64,000 nt of DNA from positions 17,082 through 81,081 of the forward strand of contig JBNJFB010000002.1 in NCBI GenBank assembly GCA_051746405.1. The letters run 5' to 3'. Positions 1-10,147 of this stretch are shown in pieces (position 1 is the stretch's first letter; each line of letters starts with the position of its first letter). The translations under genes and the position numbers were made by a program. The notes beneath the pieces were generated by a model. The model searched no databases and was not told the origin of the DNA. It worked only from the letters and a program-made list of their open reading frames with translations. The stretch comes from Campylobacterota bacterium (GTDB taxonomy: Bacteria; Campylobacterota; Campylobacteria; Campylobacterales; Arcobacteraceae).

Positions 1-1524
1 AACTTGTATATCAGCATCACCTTGGGCAATACTTACATTAAACTTTTGTCCATCTACTACCACAGTATAATTTCCAGTTGCATTACTCATGCTATTTTCT
101 CCTTGTTTATTATCATTTTCATTTTTTCTAATATTAAGTGGTGAATCACCTTTTAAGAAGTTTATACCTTTTTCATCACAAGCAGCTGCGATAAAAATAT
201 TCTCTTCAGTTGTTTCAATACCTTCTTCTTCTAATCTTTTTTTCCACACTGATATCTTTTTATTTTCATCTCTATCTGCAATATCTAAAGGATTTTCTGA
301 AGTTGGTTCCATTTTTAGTTTTTCAGAAGCTAATTCTACAATTTTTGAATCAGGTTCAACAGGTGTTTTTCCAAAGTAACCTAATACCATTTTTCCATAA
401 CCAGGAGCTATTTGATTCCATGGTCCAAACATTACATTTGCATAAGCTTGTTGCCAATAAAATTGCGAAACAGGAGTTACAGAAGTACCAAACCCACCTT
501 TTTCAACAACTTCTTGCATAGCTTTTATAACTTCAGGGAACTTATCTAATGTTCCACTATCTCTCATCATTTGAGTGTTTGCAGTTAATGCTCCACCCGG
601 CATTGGTGAGAAAGGTATCAATGGTGATACTTGAGTAGCTTCAGGTGGTATAAAATACTCACTTAAAGACTCTTTAAGAACCTCTTCATATTTTAAGATT
701 TTAGTTGTTTCTAATCCACCTAAATCAAAATTTTTACCTTTAACAGCATGTAGCATAGTTAAGATGTCAGGTTGAGATGTACCACCTGAAACAGGTGATG
801 CAGCTAAATCAATACCATCAGCACCAGCTTCAAGTGCAGCTAAATAACATGCAACTGAAACACCAGCTGTTTCGTGAGTATGAAGTCTAATATGCATCTC
901 ATCGCCAACTAAATTTCTAGCCATTTTAATAGTATCGTAAACTTTTTGTGGAGAAGATGTTCCTGATGCATCTTTGAAGCACAATGAGTCAAAAGGAAGT
1001 CCACTATTTAAAATATTTCTTAATGTTTTTTCATAAAAAGGAACATCATGTGCACCAACACAACCAGGAGGTAAGTCCATTAAAGTAACAACTACCTCAT
1101 GATTTAGACCATATTTTTTAATACATTCAGCTGAGTACTCTAAATTTGTTACATCATTTAAAGCATCAAAGTTTCTAATTGTAGTTGTTCCATGTTTTGC
1201 GAACATTTTTGCATGAAGATCAATAAACTCTCTAGAGCCTGTATCTAACATAACTGTGTTTATACCTCTGGCTAAGGTTTGAAGATTTGCATCTGGACCG
1301 ACAATTTCTCTAAACTTGTCCATCATTTCAAATGCATTTTCTTGTAGATAAAAGAAAAGAGACTGAAATCTAGCCCCACCACCAAATTCAAAGTGATTTA
1401 TACCAGCATCTTTCGCAGCTTCAACAGCTGGAAAGAAATCCTCCATTAAAACTCTACCTCCAAAGACAGATTGAAATCCATCTCTAAAAGTTGTATCCAT
1501 GACATCAATATACTTTTTCGCCAT
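1..1524 (-). CDS. Pyruvate carboxylase subunit B / oxaloacetate decarboxylase alpha (carboxyltransferase); runs off the left edge
   Basis: Not in the ORF track. Manual translation from ATG at 1524 gives MAKKYIDVMDTTFRDGFQSVFGGR...FEFGGGARFQ...LHTHET, i.e. the RDxxQS and HxH carboxyltransferase motifs. Lies directly downstream of an OadG-like gene. Confidence 0.9.
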   Translation of the reverse strand, partial: MAKKYIDVMDTTFRDGFQSVFGGRVLMEDFFPAVEAAKDAGINHFEFGGGARFQSLFFYLQENAFEMMDKFREIVGPDANLQTLARGINTVMLDTGSREFIDLHAKMFAKHGTTTIRNFDALNDVTNLEYSAECIKKYGLNHEVVVTLMDLPPGCVGAHDVPFYEKTLRNILNSGLPFDSLCFKDASGTSSPQKVYDTIKMARNLVGDEMHIRLHTHETAGVSVACYLAALEAGADGIDLAASPVSGGTSQPDILTMLHAVKGKNFDLGGLETTKILKYEEVLKESLSEYFIPPEATQVSPLIPFSPMPGGALTANTQMMRDSGTLDKFPEVIKAMQEVVEKGGFGTSVTPVSQFYWQQAYANVMFGPWNQIAPGYGKMVLGYFGKTPVEPDSKIVELASEKLKMEPTSENPLDIADRDENKKISVWKKRLEEEGIETTEENIFIAAACDEKGINFLKGDSPLNIRKNENDNKQGENSMSNATGNYTVVVDGQKFNVSIAQGDADIQV

Positions 1525-1530
1525 TTTATT

Positions 1531-1776
1531 TTAACCTTTTAGATTTTTGTGATGTTGAACTGCAGCTATGATAGCAGCTGTTTTTTTTGCAGAATCATTT
1601 GATGCAGAAGAAGTCTTTGCAGACCCACTTGCAGTTGTTTTTCCCTGAGGGAAATACTTCGAAATTAAAGAAGCTTGTGCTTTTAGCACGAAAATTAAAA
1701 TTATCAAAAATGAGAATACAACTCCCATTCCTAATAACATAAACTTAAATGCCTCTGTGACTAAGTTCATTTCCAT
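1531..1776 (-). CDS. oadG: OadG-family decarboxylase gamma subunit
   Basis: LGMGVVFSFLIILI TM segment, low-complexity linker and AAIIAAV motif. ATG at 1776 follows a GGAG RBS, so the track start at 1854 is probably over-extended. Confidence 0.85.
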   Translation of the reverse strand: MEMNLVTEAFKFMLLGMGVVFSFLIILIFVLKAQASLISKYFPQGKTTASGSAKTSSASNDSAKKTAAIIAAVQHHKNLKG

Positions 1777-2096
1777 AATACTCTCCGTGGTTACCACCAT
1801 GTATTTTTCAATGTAATAATATATAAAACTACCTTTAGTAATATTTATACTCATGTAGTATTTATGTAAAATTTACAAATTCTTTGCATTATAATACTCT
1901 GTTTCCAAAATTATAAATCAATATGTCAACTTTTCTTAAAATTTTTTTTATTATAGTAGACTTTTTTATATTTTTTTCTAACATTTTATGTTCCTTTTTA
2001 TACAATTATTTCAAATTATATAAAAATATTTTAAATAGCTTGAAAAATATTTCATTTTGTAATATAATGTCTTTATTAAAAAAAGTAGGAGAAGAA

Positions 2097-2753
2097 ATGT
2101 TAGATGTTGGTGAAATTATTGATAAATTAAAAGATATAGTTAGTGCAGATGGGAAAAATGGTAAAGTTTTTGATAAAGATGTTGCAAAATCTTTAAATTT
2201 AAGTCAAGCTAATTTTGCAACTATGAAAAATAGAGGTAAAATACCTTATTCAAATATTCTTAATTTTTGTGCATTAAAAAAAATTTCTATAAATTGGTTA
2301 TTATATAATCAAAACCCAAACTCATTACTTGACTCAACTGATAAATACTGGATTAAATACTACCCCTCAGTAAATGTTAGTGCAGGGGGAGGTGCTTATG
2401 AAAATGATGACAATTATGAATCACTAGAAGTTCCACACTATTTTTTAAATATGCTTGGAGGCAAAGAGAATCTTAAAAACATTGATGCAATTAATGTAGT
2501 AGGTGATTCTATGGAACCAACACTCAATGATGATAATATTATCTTTGTTGATAAAACAAAAAATGATGCTTCTAGGGATGGAATATATGCGTTTACAACA
2601 ATTCACGGCCTATTTGTAAAAAGAATTCAAAGAAGAGTAGATGGAAACCTTGATATTATTTCTGACAATAAAGATTATCCTTTACAAACATTACAAAAAG
2701 ATGAAATAAATGTTGTTGGAAGGGTTATAAGCTCTTTTGGAATGGTATTTTAA
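2097..2753 (+). CDS. CI/LexA-like repressor with S24 autopeptidase domain
   Basis: N-terminal HTH (DKDVAKSLNLSQANFATMKNR), SAGGG cleavage site, GDSMEP Ser and VKR Lys. AGGAG RBS precedes ATG 2097. Confidence 0.85.
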   Translation: MLDVGEIIDKLKDIVSADGKNGKVFDKDVAKSLNLSQANFATMKNRGKIPYSNILNFCALKKISINWLLYNQNPNSLLDSTDKYWIKYYPSVNVSAGGGAYENDDNYESLEVPHYFLNMLGGKENLKNIDAINVVGDSMEPTLNDDNIIFVDKTKNDASRDGIYAFTTIHGLFVKRIQRRVDGNLDIISDNKDYPLQTLQKDEINVVGRVISSFGMVF

Positions 2754-2765
2754 AATAATTAGAAA

Positions 2766-3752
2766 TTAGAAAAGTGTAGGTTGCTTTTCTAATTCTTCAA
2801 ATAACTCAATTATTTCATTGTAACTAAAATCTATTATATAAACTAAGTTAAAATCTCTTTTTTTTAAAATAGGTTTTAACTCACTTAATTTATCTATTAC
2901 TATCTGCTCTTTATCCAAAAAGTTTTTATAATATTTAGTAATATATAGTTTATTAGCATATTTAAAGTTTTTTTCTAAAAAATCAAGCTCTTTCATTATA
3001 AGTTGATAATCATTCTGACAGATAATAAACTTATCACTTTTACCAAACTCTATTATATTTAAACTTTTATCTAGAAAAATAGGTCTAAAATGAGATATAC
3101 TTTTTAGTTTTGAATAGTCTAAAGGAGAGTTTAAAAAATAGTAAACATCTAAAAATTGTGGTATATAAATACTAGGTATTCTAAGTTTTGAGAAAAAAGT
3201 ACCATTGTGAGTAAATGAAACTTCAAATAAAGAGTGTACTACTAAGTTTTTAAAATTATAACTACCTCTATTAAAATCTAAACTATTAGGATAAATTTTA
3301 TTTAGTAGCTCTTTATTTGTAGATACAATAATATCACTATTTTCAATATTGTCTATATTTTTAATAAATGTTTCAATATCATCAAAAAATCTAATTTTTT
3401 TAGACGAAGAGTGACTAAATACTCTTAAAAAATCGTATGTTAAAGTATCTGTAAAGTATGATTTTAAATCATAATTAGCAAGCTTAAATCGAATCAGTTG
3501 AATTAATGCTAAATTTATATCTTCTACTTTAATCCATGCTATTTCATTATCTATAATAGGGTGGTTTTCATCTATTATAACTGCAAAAGCACCATTTTGA
3601 ACTGCTAAAGAAATTGAGTCTATTTCTTTAGCAATAAATAAATCTCCCTCTTTAACTTTTTTGCAGTCAGTCTTAAATGAGTAAATAAATGAAATAGAAG
3701 GAGAGTTTAGCAACTCTCCATTTACTATATCTATTAAAGAAGATATTCTCAC
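2766..3752 (-). CDS. Conserved protein with Mur-ligase-like N-terminus
   Basis: N-terminus resembles MurE/MurF (TDCKKVKEGDLFIA...NGAFAVI). No GxxGKT P-loop seen. Translationally coupled to metG. Confidence 0.55.
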   Translation of the reverse strand: MRISSLIDIVNGELLNSPSISFIYSFKTDCKKVKEGDLFIAKEIDSISLAVQNGAFAVIIDENHPIIDNEIAWIKVEDINLALIQLIRFKLANYDLKSYFTDTLTYDFLRVFSHSSSKKIRFFDDIETFIKNIDNIENSDIIVSTNKELLNKIYPNSLDFNRGSYNFKNLVVHSLFEVSFTHNGTFFSKLRIPSIYIPQFLDVYYFLNSPLDYSKLKSISHFRPIFLDKSLNIIEFGKSDKFIICQNDYQLIMKELDFLEKNFKYANKLYITKYYKNFLDKEQIVIDKLSELKPILKKRDFNLVYIIDFSYNEIIELFEELEKQPTLF

Positions 3753-5695
3753 TAGCTTATTTTTGTACCTATTTTTTTACTTTTTTCAGGTCTTATTAAA
3801 CAAAGTCCATCTTCATCTTTTGCTGCTAAAAGCATCCCTTCACTTAACATACCCATTAGTTTTGCTGGTTTTAAGTTAGCAACAACACAAACTTGTGTTC
3901 CCACTAACTCTTGGGTATTATAAAACTCTTTTATACCTGCTACAACTTGTCTTGGTTTGTCTTCACCTAAATCAACTTGTAGCTTTAATAGTTTCTTAGA
4001 TTTTGGAACCTCAAAAGCTTCTATAATAGTTCCTACTTTTATAGTAGTTTCAAAAAATTTATCAATTGTGATTAAGTTATCTTCTTCTTTACTTTTTTCA
4101 CTCTTTTTTTCAACTTCATTTTTAGAAACATTTGTTGAGTTTGGTTGTTTTAATAAAACCTCTTCTATTTTTGGGAAAAGTTGTCCAACTTTTGTAATAG
4201 TTGTAGATTCTAATAACTCTTTATTTAAAATAAAAGATTTATATGTGTTAGTATCTATACTTATTCCTAAAGACTTAGCTATTAGTTTTATTTTTTTAGG
4301 CATAACACAATCCAGTAAAAGTGCAACTTTTGCCATAATATTTGTAATCAATGCAACTAATGCCATTGCTTCTTGTGTTTTACCTTCTTTCATCTTACTC
4401 CAAGGTTCATAATCACCAATAGCTTTATTTGCAATAGTTAAAATCTTCCAAATCTCTTCTAAATACCTATTTAGTTGCATATTAAATACATAATCTTCTA
4501 ATGTATCAATTATACTATTTACTTCATCTAACTCTTTTTTATGGTATTTTTCAACATCTTTTGAGTCTATTTTAAAGTCAAAATATTTTCCTGACATTCC
4601 AGATATTCTATTTAATAAGTTTCCTAAGTCATTTCCTAAATCAGAGTTTATTCTATCCATTAAAGCTTTTTGTGAAAAATCACCATCTTGTCCAAAAGGC
4701 ACTTCTCTTAACATAAAATATCTAAATGCATCTAAGCCATAAGCATCTGCTACTTCTTTTGGATTTACTACATTCCCTTTTGATTTTGACATTTTTTCAC
4801 CATCTCTTGTCCACCATCCATGAGCTGAAATATGTTTTGGCAATGGTAAATCTAAAGACATTAAGAATGCAGGCCAATAAACAGAATGGAATCTTAAAAT
4901 ATCTTTTCCAACTAAATGGATATTTGCAGGCCAATAATCCATATGATGTTCAATAGAACCATATCCAAGTGCAGTTATATAGTTCATAAGTGCATCTAGC
5001 CACACATACATCACATGTTTTGGTTCGTTCATTGAGTTTGGTAGTTTTACACCCCAATCAAATGATGTTCTTGAAATAGAGAGATCTCTTAGTCCACCTT
5101 TTACAAAGTTTGAAATCTCACTCTTTTTTGATCTTGGTAAAATACAGTCATCATTTTGCTCATACCATTTTATTAATTTATCTTCATATTTAGATAACTT
5201 AAAAAAGTAACTCTCTTCTTGAATTATTGAAGTTGGTTTACCACAGTCAGGACAAAACTGCTCATCAACTAGCTGCTTTTCAGTAAAAAATGTCTCACAA
5301 GATACACAGTAAAAACCTTCATATTCACCTTTATAAATATCACCTTTTTCATACATTTTTTCAAATGCTTTTTGTACACCTAGCTTATGTTCATCATCTG
5401 TTGTTCTAATAAACTTATCATAAGTGATATCAAAATCATCCCAAAGCTGTTTAAACTTACCTGATACTTCATTTGCATACTCTTGTGGGCTTCTTCCTCT
5501 TTGTTGGGCACTTTGAGCAATTTTTTGTCCATGCTCATCAGTTCCTGTTAAAAAATATGTGTTATGTCCTGATAACCTAGAGTACCTAGCTAACATATCT
5601 CCAATTATTGTAGTATATGCATGTCCTATATGAGCTATATCATTTACATAATAAATTGGAGTTGTTATATATACGTTTTCACAAGATTGTTCCAT
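3752..5695 (-). CDS. metG: Methionine--tRNA ligase
   Basis: YITTPIYYVN, HIGH, KMSKS, Zn knuckle and C-terminal tRNA-binding domain. Confidence 0.98.
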   Translation of the reverse strand: MEQSCENVYITTPIYYVNDIAHIGHAYTTIIGDMLARYSRLSGHNTYFLTGTDEHGQKIAQSAQQRGRSPQEYANEVSGKFKQLWDDFDITYDKFIRTTDDEHKLGVQKAFEKMYEKGDIYKGEYEGFYCVSCETFFTEKQLVDEQFCPDCGKPTSIIQEESYFFKLSKYEDKLIKWYEQNDDCILPRSKKSEISNFVKGGLRDLSISRTSFDWGVKLPNSMNEPKHVMYVWLDALMNYITALGYGSIEHHMDYWPANIHLVGKDILRFHSVYWPAFLMSLDLPLPKHISAHGWWTRDGEKMSKSKGNVVNPKEVADAYGLDAFRYFMLREVPFGQDGDFSQKALMDRINSDLGNDLGNLLNRISGMSGKYFDFKIDSKDVEKYHKKELDEVNSIIDTLEDYVFNMQLNRYLEEIWKILTIANKAIGDYEPWSKMKEGKTQEAMALVALITNIMAKVALLLDCVMPKKIKLIAKSLGISIDTNTYKSFILNKELLESTTITKVGQLFPKIEEVLLKQPNSTNVSKNEVEKKSEKSKEEDNLITIDKFFETTIKVGTIIEAFEVPKSKKLLKLQVDLGEDKPRQVVAGIKEFYNTQELVGTQVCVVANLKPAKLMGMLSEGMLLAAKDEDGLCLIRPEKSKKIGTKIS

Positions 5696-5717
5696 TTTTT
5701 ACCTCTTCTTATTTTTT

Positions 5718-5927
5718 TTAAAACTCAAAGCCACCACCTGAGCCTTTATTCATTGACTCATAAACAGCAACTACATAACTTTTTCTTAAGTGACACTCAA
5801 AAAACTTCTCACATGGAGTACACGAGCTTAAGCCATTAGACTCTTGACAGGATTTTAACTCTTTTAATTTATTTTCAAGTTTTAAGTCCCACTCATCTAT
5901 AATAAGTTCTTCTTTATTGTTATCCAT
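5718..5927 (-). CDS. Small Cys-containing hypothetical protein
   Basis: 69 aa with four Cys and a GGGFEF C-terminus; in operon between fbp and metG. Confidence 0.7.
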   Translation of the reverse strand: MDNNKEELIIDEWDLKLENKLKELKSCQESNGLSSCTPCEKFFECHLRKSYVVAVYESMNKGSGGGFEF

Positions 5928-6762
5928 TTTTTCTATATACTTCTAAAACTCTATTTATTTCATCTTTTGAACCAAAGAAACAAGGTGTTGTATCGTGAAT
6001 ATGAGTTGTTTCAATCTCTAATACTCTTTTAAATCCATCAATTGCACCACCATTTGCTTTTTCATATATAAAAGCAAATGGAAAAACTTCAAAAAGTTGT
6101 CTTAATTTTCCTTTTGGTCTATCAGATGTTCCTGGATAAGAGAATAGCCCTCCACCTTTTAATAAAATCTGATGTAAGTCAGGTACCATACCACCTGAAT
6201 ATCTTAATCTATAACCATCACTGAAAATATCATCTATCATCTTTTTATGATATGAAGTCCAACAATTTTGAGTTGAACCTGATGCATTTATATTACCTCT
6301 TTGTTTTAAACTAATATCTCGAATATATTTAAACTCACCTTTTAATAATCTATACAGCTTAACATCTTCATTAGCAACTACAAGTTCAACTCTTGGACCA
6401 AATACAACATAAACAGCAGAAATAAGATTTTTTGCACTATAATCTTCTTTATAAATACCATAAATAGAACCAACAGATAGATTTACATCAACCAATGATG
6501 AACCATCTAATGGATCATAAGCTATTAAATATTCACCATCTTTATTTAATGAAATAATCTCTTCTTGCTCTTCTGAAACAATTGATTTTATACTTGAAAT
6601 TTCTTTAAATATATTCTCAATGATTCTATCGCTTTGAATATCTAATTTAAGTTGAGTATCTCCAGTTGAGTTTTCATTTTCACTTTTACTAGTATCACCA
6701 TTTTGTATTAAATCTTTTATCTCTATGCTTGCTTGTTTTATTGCTTTTAATATGTCTTGCAT
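5920..6762 (-). CDS. fbp: Fructose-1,6-bisphosphatase class 1
   Basis: [16 protein letters not shown] and GKLR motifs. Confidence 0.96.
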   Translation of the reverse strand: MQDILKAIKQASIEIKDLIQNGDTSKSENENSTGDTQLKLDIQSDRIIENIFKEISSIKSIVSEEQEEIISLNKDGEYLIAYDPLDGSSLVDVNLSVGSIYGIYKEDYSAKNLISAVYVVFGPRVELVVANEDVKLYRLLKGEFKYIRDISLKQRGNINASGSTQNCWTSYHKKMIDDIFSDGYRLRYSGGMVPDLHQILLKGGGLFSYPGTSDRPKGKLRQLFEVFPFAFIYEKANGGAIDGFKRVLEIETTHIHDTTPCFFGSKDEINRVLEVYRKNG

Positions 6763-7260
6763 TTATACTCTCTTTGAATTTTTATTAATCCACGAAATTA
6801 TTTCATCAATATCATTTAAATCTAATCTATCAATAGATGAGGGAATATCACTTTTTTTTATACTATCATCAGTAGCAATAGCATTTGAAAAAGGAAAATA
6901 GCTATTTTCTAAACTATTTCTAAAAATAGAAATTCTAGGCAAGTCAAGTATTTTTAAACCCTCAACAATTAAATAATCAAAATCATCAAAAACATCAATT
7001 AAATTTTCTATAGAAGAACACTCTTGCTTGAAAACTGTAGTTCTTGTTGGACTTACTACAGCCACATCTGCACCTGCTTGAGAAAATTTATATGAATCTT
7101 TTCCAACTGTATCAAATACAGCTTTATCTTTTGGGTCATGCTTTACTACACAAACTTTAAAACCTTGCTTAATTAAAGTATTTGATAGTTTAACTATAGT
7201 TGTTGTTTTACCACTATTAGATGGCCCAGATATTGCTACTACTAATCTTTTTTTATTCAT
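6763..7260 (-). CDS. mobB: Molybdopterin-guanine dinucleotide biosynthesis protein B
   Basis: GPSNSGKTT P-loop, VKHD, GKDS and VEG motifs. Confidence 0.92.
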   Translation of the reverse strand: MNKKRLVVAISGPSNSGKTTTIVKLSNTLIKQGFKVCVVKHDPKDKAVFDTVGKDSYKFSQAGADVAVVSPTRTTVFKQECSSIENLIDVFDDFDYLIVEGLKILDLPRISIFRNSLENSYFPFSNAIATDDSIKKSDIPSSIDRLDLNDIDEIISWINKNSKRV

Positions 7261-7305
7261 AATTGGGATTATACCTAAAAAGTAGTTAAAATATATTTAT
7301 AGACT

Positions 7306-7671
7306 TCAATTTATAATGTAGTTATTCATAATTAAGTCAGCCAAGCCTTTTGTTTTACCCAAATGAGGTAATATGGTCACTTCACATTTTGAATATTCTG
7401 TTTTAAATCTGTTTATAGAGTTTGGGATATCTACTTTCACATGCTTTCCCTTAGCAAGGAAATAGGGCAGTACTTTTATTGAAGCAGTACTATTTGCACT
7501 TAAAATCTCTTCTAATACATCATCAAAACTAGGTGTTGCTAATTCCAAATAAGCATACTTTACAATATAAATACCCTCACTTAATACTTCAATACTTTTA
7601 GCTAAACTTGCAATCTCTTTATTTGATTCTTCCAGTTTGCTACCATGGGCTACTATTAATAGTATTTGCAT
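7306..7671 (-). CDS. CbiX/SirB-family short chelatase
   Basis: AHGS, AYLE..P and PYFLAKGKHV..DIP motifs. Confidence 0.85.
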   Translation of the reverse strand: MQILLIVAHGSKLEESNKEIASLAKSIEVLSEGIYIVKYAYLELATPSFDDVLEEILSANSTASIKVLPYFLAKGKHVKVDIPNSINRFKTEYSKCEVTILPHLGKTKGLADLIMNNYIIN

Positions 7672-7771
7672 AAATCTCCTTTTTGTTAAAATAGTACAAT
7701 ATTTTTCTAAAAATTAATATATATTTTAGATATTTAAAGTAAAATTGAGTTTTAAATTAATCGGAGCTTAT

Positions 7772-8236
7772 ATGTATAAAACAATTATTTTCTCACTTGT
7801 TTCATTTAGTTTTATAGCTTGTTCTCAAACTACAGCATTAAAACATTTTCAAACCCAAACTTCAAAAGCTAGAGCAACACAAGATACACAAAAGATAGAT
7901 ATTATTGAAAATAACGAAGTTAAAGCACTTTTTTGGGCAACATACTTAAATAATATAAAAAAGTCTCAAGATCATAGATTTTTATTATCTATATATTTCA
8001 CTAATGACTATAAAGATGAATATAAAAATATCTCAACAAAAAAGTTTTTATTAAATGAACAAAAAGCTAAAACATTGAAACAAATAGATGGTGATAAATT
8101 CTCTTCAATACTTCAAAATAGACCCTGGGCGAAGCACTATATTGTTTCATTTGAGAAACAAAAAAACAGTATAGACTTCTTGGATTTGAATTTTATTAAT
8201 AATTCAAACCCTGTAAGTTTAAGGTTTCAAAAATAG
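7772..8236 (+). CDS. Putative lipoprotein
   Basis: GGAG RBS before ATG 7772; signal peptide with lipobox FIAC. Its 3' end overlaps the convergent slt gene. Confidence 0.7.
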   Translation: MYKTIIFSLVSFSFIACSQTTALKHFQTQTSKARATQDTQKIDIIENNEVKALFWATYLNNIKKSQDHRFLLSIYFTNDYKDEYKNISTKKFLLNEQKAKTLKQIDGDKFSSILQNRPWAKHYIVSFEKQKNSIDFLDLNFINNSNPVSLRFQK

Positions 8237-9872
8237 AAGATAACTTAATCTTCTTATCTTGTAAGTGATTATAGTAAATATAGTAGTTGGCTAAGACTTT
8301 TTTTCCATATCTTCTTGTTTCATTATATGAAATCAACTCCATACTTAAATATGGTTCAAATTTGCTACTTGTATCTTGAAAATGTCCTCTTCTAAATTGA
8401 CTTTTTGTATATCCTGGACCACCGTTATAAGCATATGCAATAAATAATGGATTATTTTTAAAAGATTTTTTTAATACATTTAAATGTCTATTTGCATATG
8501 TTAGATTAACCTCAGGAATAAACTGCTCATAAATATTATAAGGTTCTTTATACTGCTTAGCAATTGCTTTTGATAAAAAAGGCATAATCTGCATCATTCC
8601 TTGAGCTGTAGCAAATGATATAGCTGATGGAATATATCTACTTTCTTGTCTTGCAATAGCGTAAATAAGAACTTGATTATCTAAACTAAACTTGCTTACT
8701 ACATCTTTATATGGAGTTATAAAGTACTGCTTTTTATACTTATGATATCTTTCTAATAAATAAGCATAATGAGGAGCTGTTCTTTTAGATGAAAATATTT
8801 GCTTATATTTTTCTAACTTCTCTTCATCTAAATTTTCTTTAATATCTCTTAATACTTTTATCCATTCAAATTGATTTGTTATATCAAAAGTAGTTTCTTT
8901 ATTTAATAAATCAACCTCATAAAACAGATTTTCCATTGGCTTATTTAGCTTCTCTTTTGCATATATTGAGTATATATTTACATCCCAACTATTTGAAAGC
9001 TTTTGTAAAGTTTCATCACTACTATTTAGTAGATATTGCCAAAATAGAACCTTGTCCTTATCCATTCTAAAGTATGCTTTATTAAATGCAATTTCTAAAT
9101 ACTCTTTTGCAACTTCAAGTTTTTTGTATCTTATTAAATTCATAGCTAAAAAAAACATAGATTGATGTGAAATATTAGAGTTATCTTTAACTTCAAATAG
9201 TGATTTTTGGATATTATCATATTTAGGATTTGGAACAACATATCTTACAAACTCATTAAAACTCTTATCTTCAGATATTTTATCAATAAAAAACTGTGGC
9301 ATAGGATAGTTTATCTCTTTTAATCTATACTCTTCGCCTGTATCAAAAAATATTCTATAAAATCTATGTGGATATGTTTCAAGTAGAGCTAAAAAAGGTG
9401 AAACAGATGCCATAACCTCAAGGTCATTTTGCAAAGTAGGGTACTGCTCAATTCTATTTGATGCTTCTTTTATATACTTTTTAGACAACCTTGTTGCTTC
9501 TTTAAGACTTAATCCTAAAGCTAAACATCTATCTTCAAATAGAAATAACTCTTTTGTTTTAGCTTTGTAACATTTTAAATCTTCAACAGGTATATCTTCA
9601 AACCTTTTATAGGCTCTTTTAACTCTACCATTTTTTCTTTTTGCCATTTCATAAGCTTCTTTTGCATCTTCTTTTGAAATATCTTCTTTATTTAAAAATT
9701 GTATTATAAAAAAATCTTTTGCATATGATTTGGGCTTACTTTTTAGCCATGATAGGGAAACATTAAAGTTTTCATGAGTAATAGGAAGTTCATTTGAAGG
9801 GTTTATATTTGTATTTGCAACCCCAACAGTAATCAAAAAAGAACAAATTAGTGAAGTGCTTAGCCTTTTCAT
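8196..9872 (-). CDS. slt: Soluble lytic murein transglycosylase
   Basis: Signal peptide, then ARQES, AQGMMQIMP, AYNGGPG and ETRRY motifs. Confidence 0.9.
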   Translation of the reverse strand: MKRLSTSLICSFLITVGVANTNINPSNELPITHENFNVSLSWLKSKPKSYAKDFFIIQFLNKEDISKEDAKEAYEMAKRKNGRVKRAYKRFEDIPVEDLKCYKAKTKELFLFEDRCLALGLSLKEATRLSKKYIKEASNRIEQYPTLQNDLEVMASVSPFLALLETYPHRFYRIFFDTGEEYRLKEINYPMPQFFIDKISEDKSFNEFVRYVVPNPKYDNIQKSLFEVKDNSNISHQSMFFLAMNLIRYKKLEVAKEYLEIAFNKAYFRMDKDKVLFWQYLLNSSDETLQKLSNSWDVNIYSIYAKEKLNKPMENLFYEVDLLNKETTFDITNQFEWIKVLRDIKENLDEEKLEKYKQIFSSKRTAPHYAYLLERYHKYKKQYFITPYKDVVSKFSLDNQVLIYAIARQESRYIPSAISFATAQGMMQIMPFLSKAIAKQYKEPYNIYEQFIPEVNLTYANRHLNVLKKSFKNNPLFIAYAYNGGPGYTKSQFRRGHFQDTSSKFEPYLSMELISYNETRRYGKKVLANYYIYYNHLQDKKIKLSSIFETLNLQGLNY

Positions 9873-9874
9873 GA

Positions 9875-10147
9875 TTAAAAGGCTAAACTTCTAAGAAATG
9901 TTTCTAGAAAAATTAGTGCAAATATAAGAATAATCGGGGCTAAATCCATACCACCAAATACAGTAGGTATATATTTTCTTACAAGTGCATATGCAGGCTC
10001 TGTTAACCTATATAACATTTGTACAATAGGATTATAAGGGTCGGGTCTAACCCATGTTAATATTGCAGAGATAATAATAACCCATTTATATAAAAATATT
10101 ATTCCTAAAACTACAGTAAATGCTGATTGTAAAAATGCATCTATCAT
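9875..10147 (-). CDS. yggT: YggT-family membrane protein
   Basis: [20 protein letters not shown]...GGMDLAP. Confidence 0.92.
   Translation of the reverse strand: MIDAFLQSAFTVVLGIIFLYKWVIIISAILTWVRPDPYNPIVQMLYRLTEPAYALVRKYIPTVFGGMDLAPIILIFALIFLETFLRSLAF

Noticed and set aside
89..521. Short plus-strand ORFs 89-379 and 210-521, and similar antisense ORFs elsewhere (e.g. 3957-4412, 25986-26255, 30828-31166, 57679-58152)
   Set aside because: They are shadow frames opposite well-supported genes, with F/S/L/I-rich composition and no motifs.
1923..2096. Extended N-termini given in the ORF track (also 1777-1854, 39719-39778, 47437-47493, 53723-53761)
   Set aside because: Better starts exist downstream, most with a clear RBS; the extensions run through promoter DNA or neighbouring genes.
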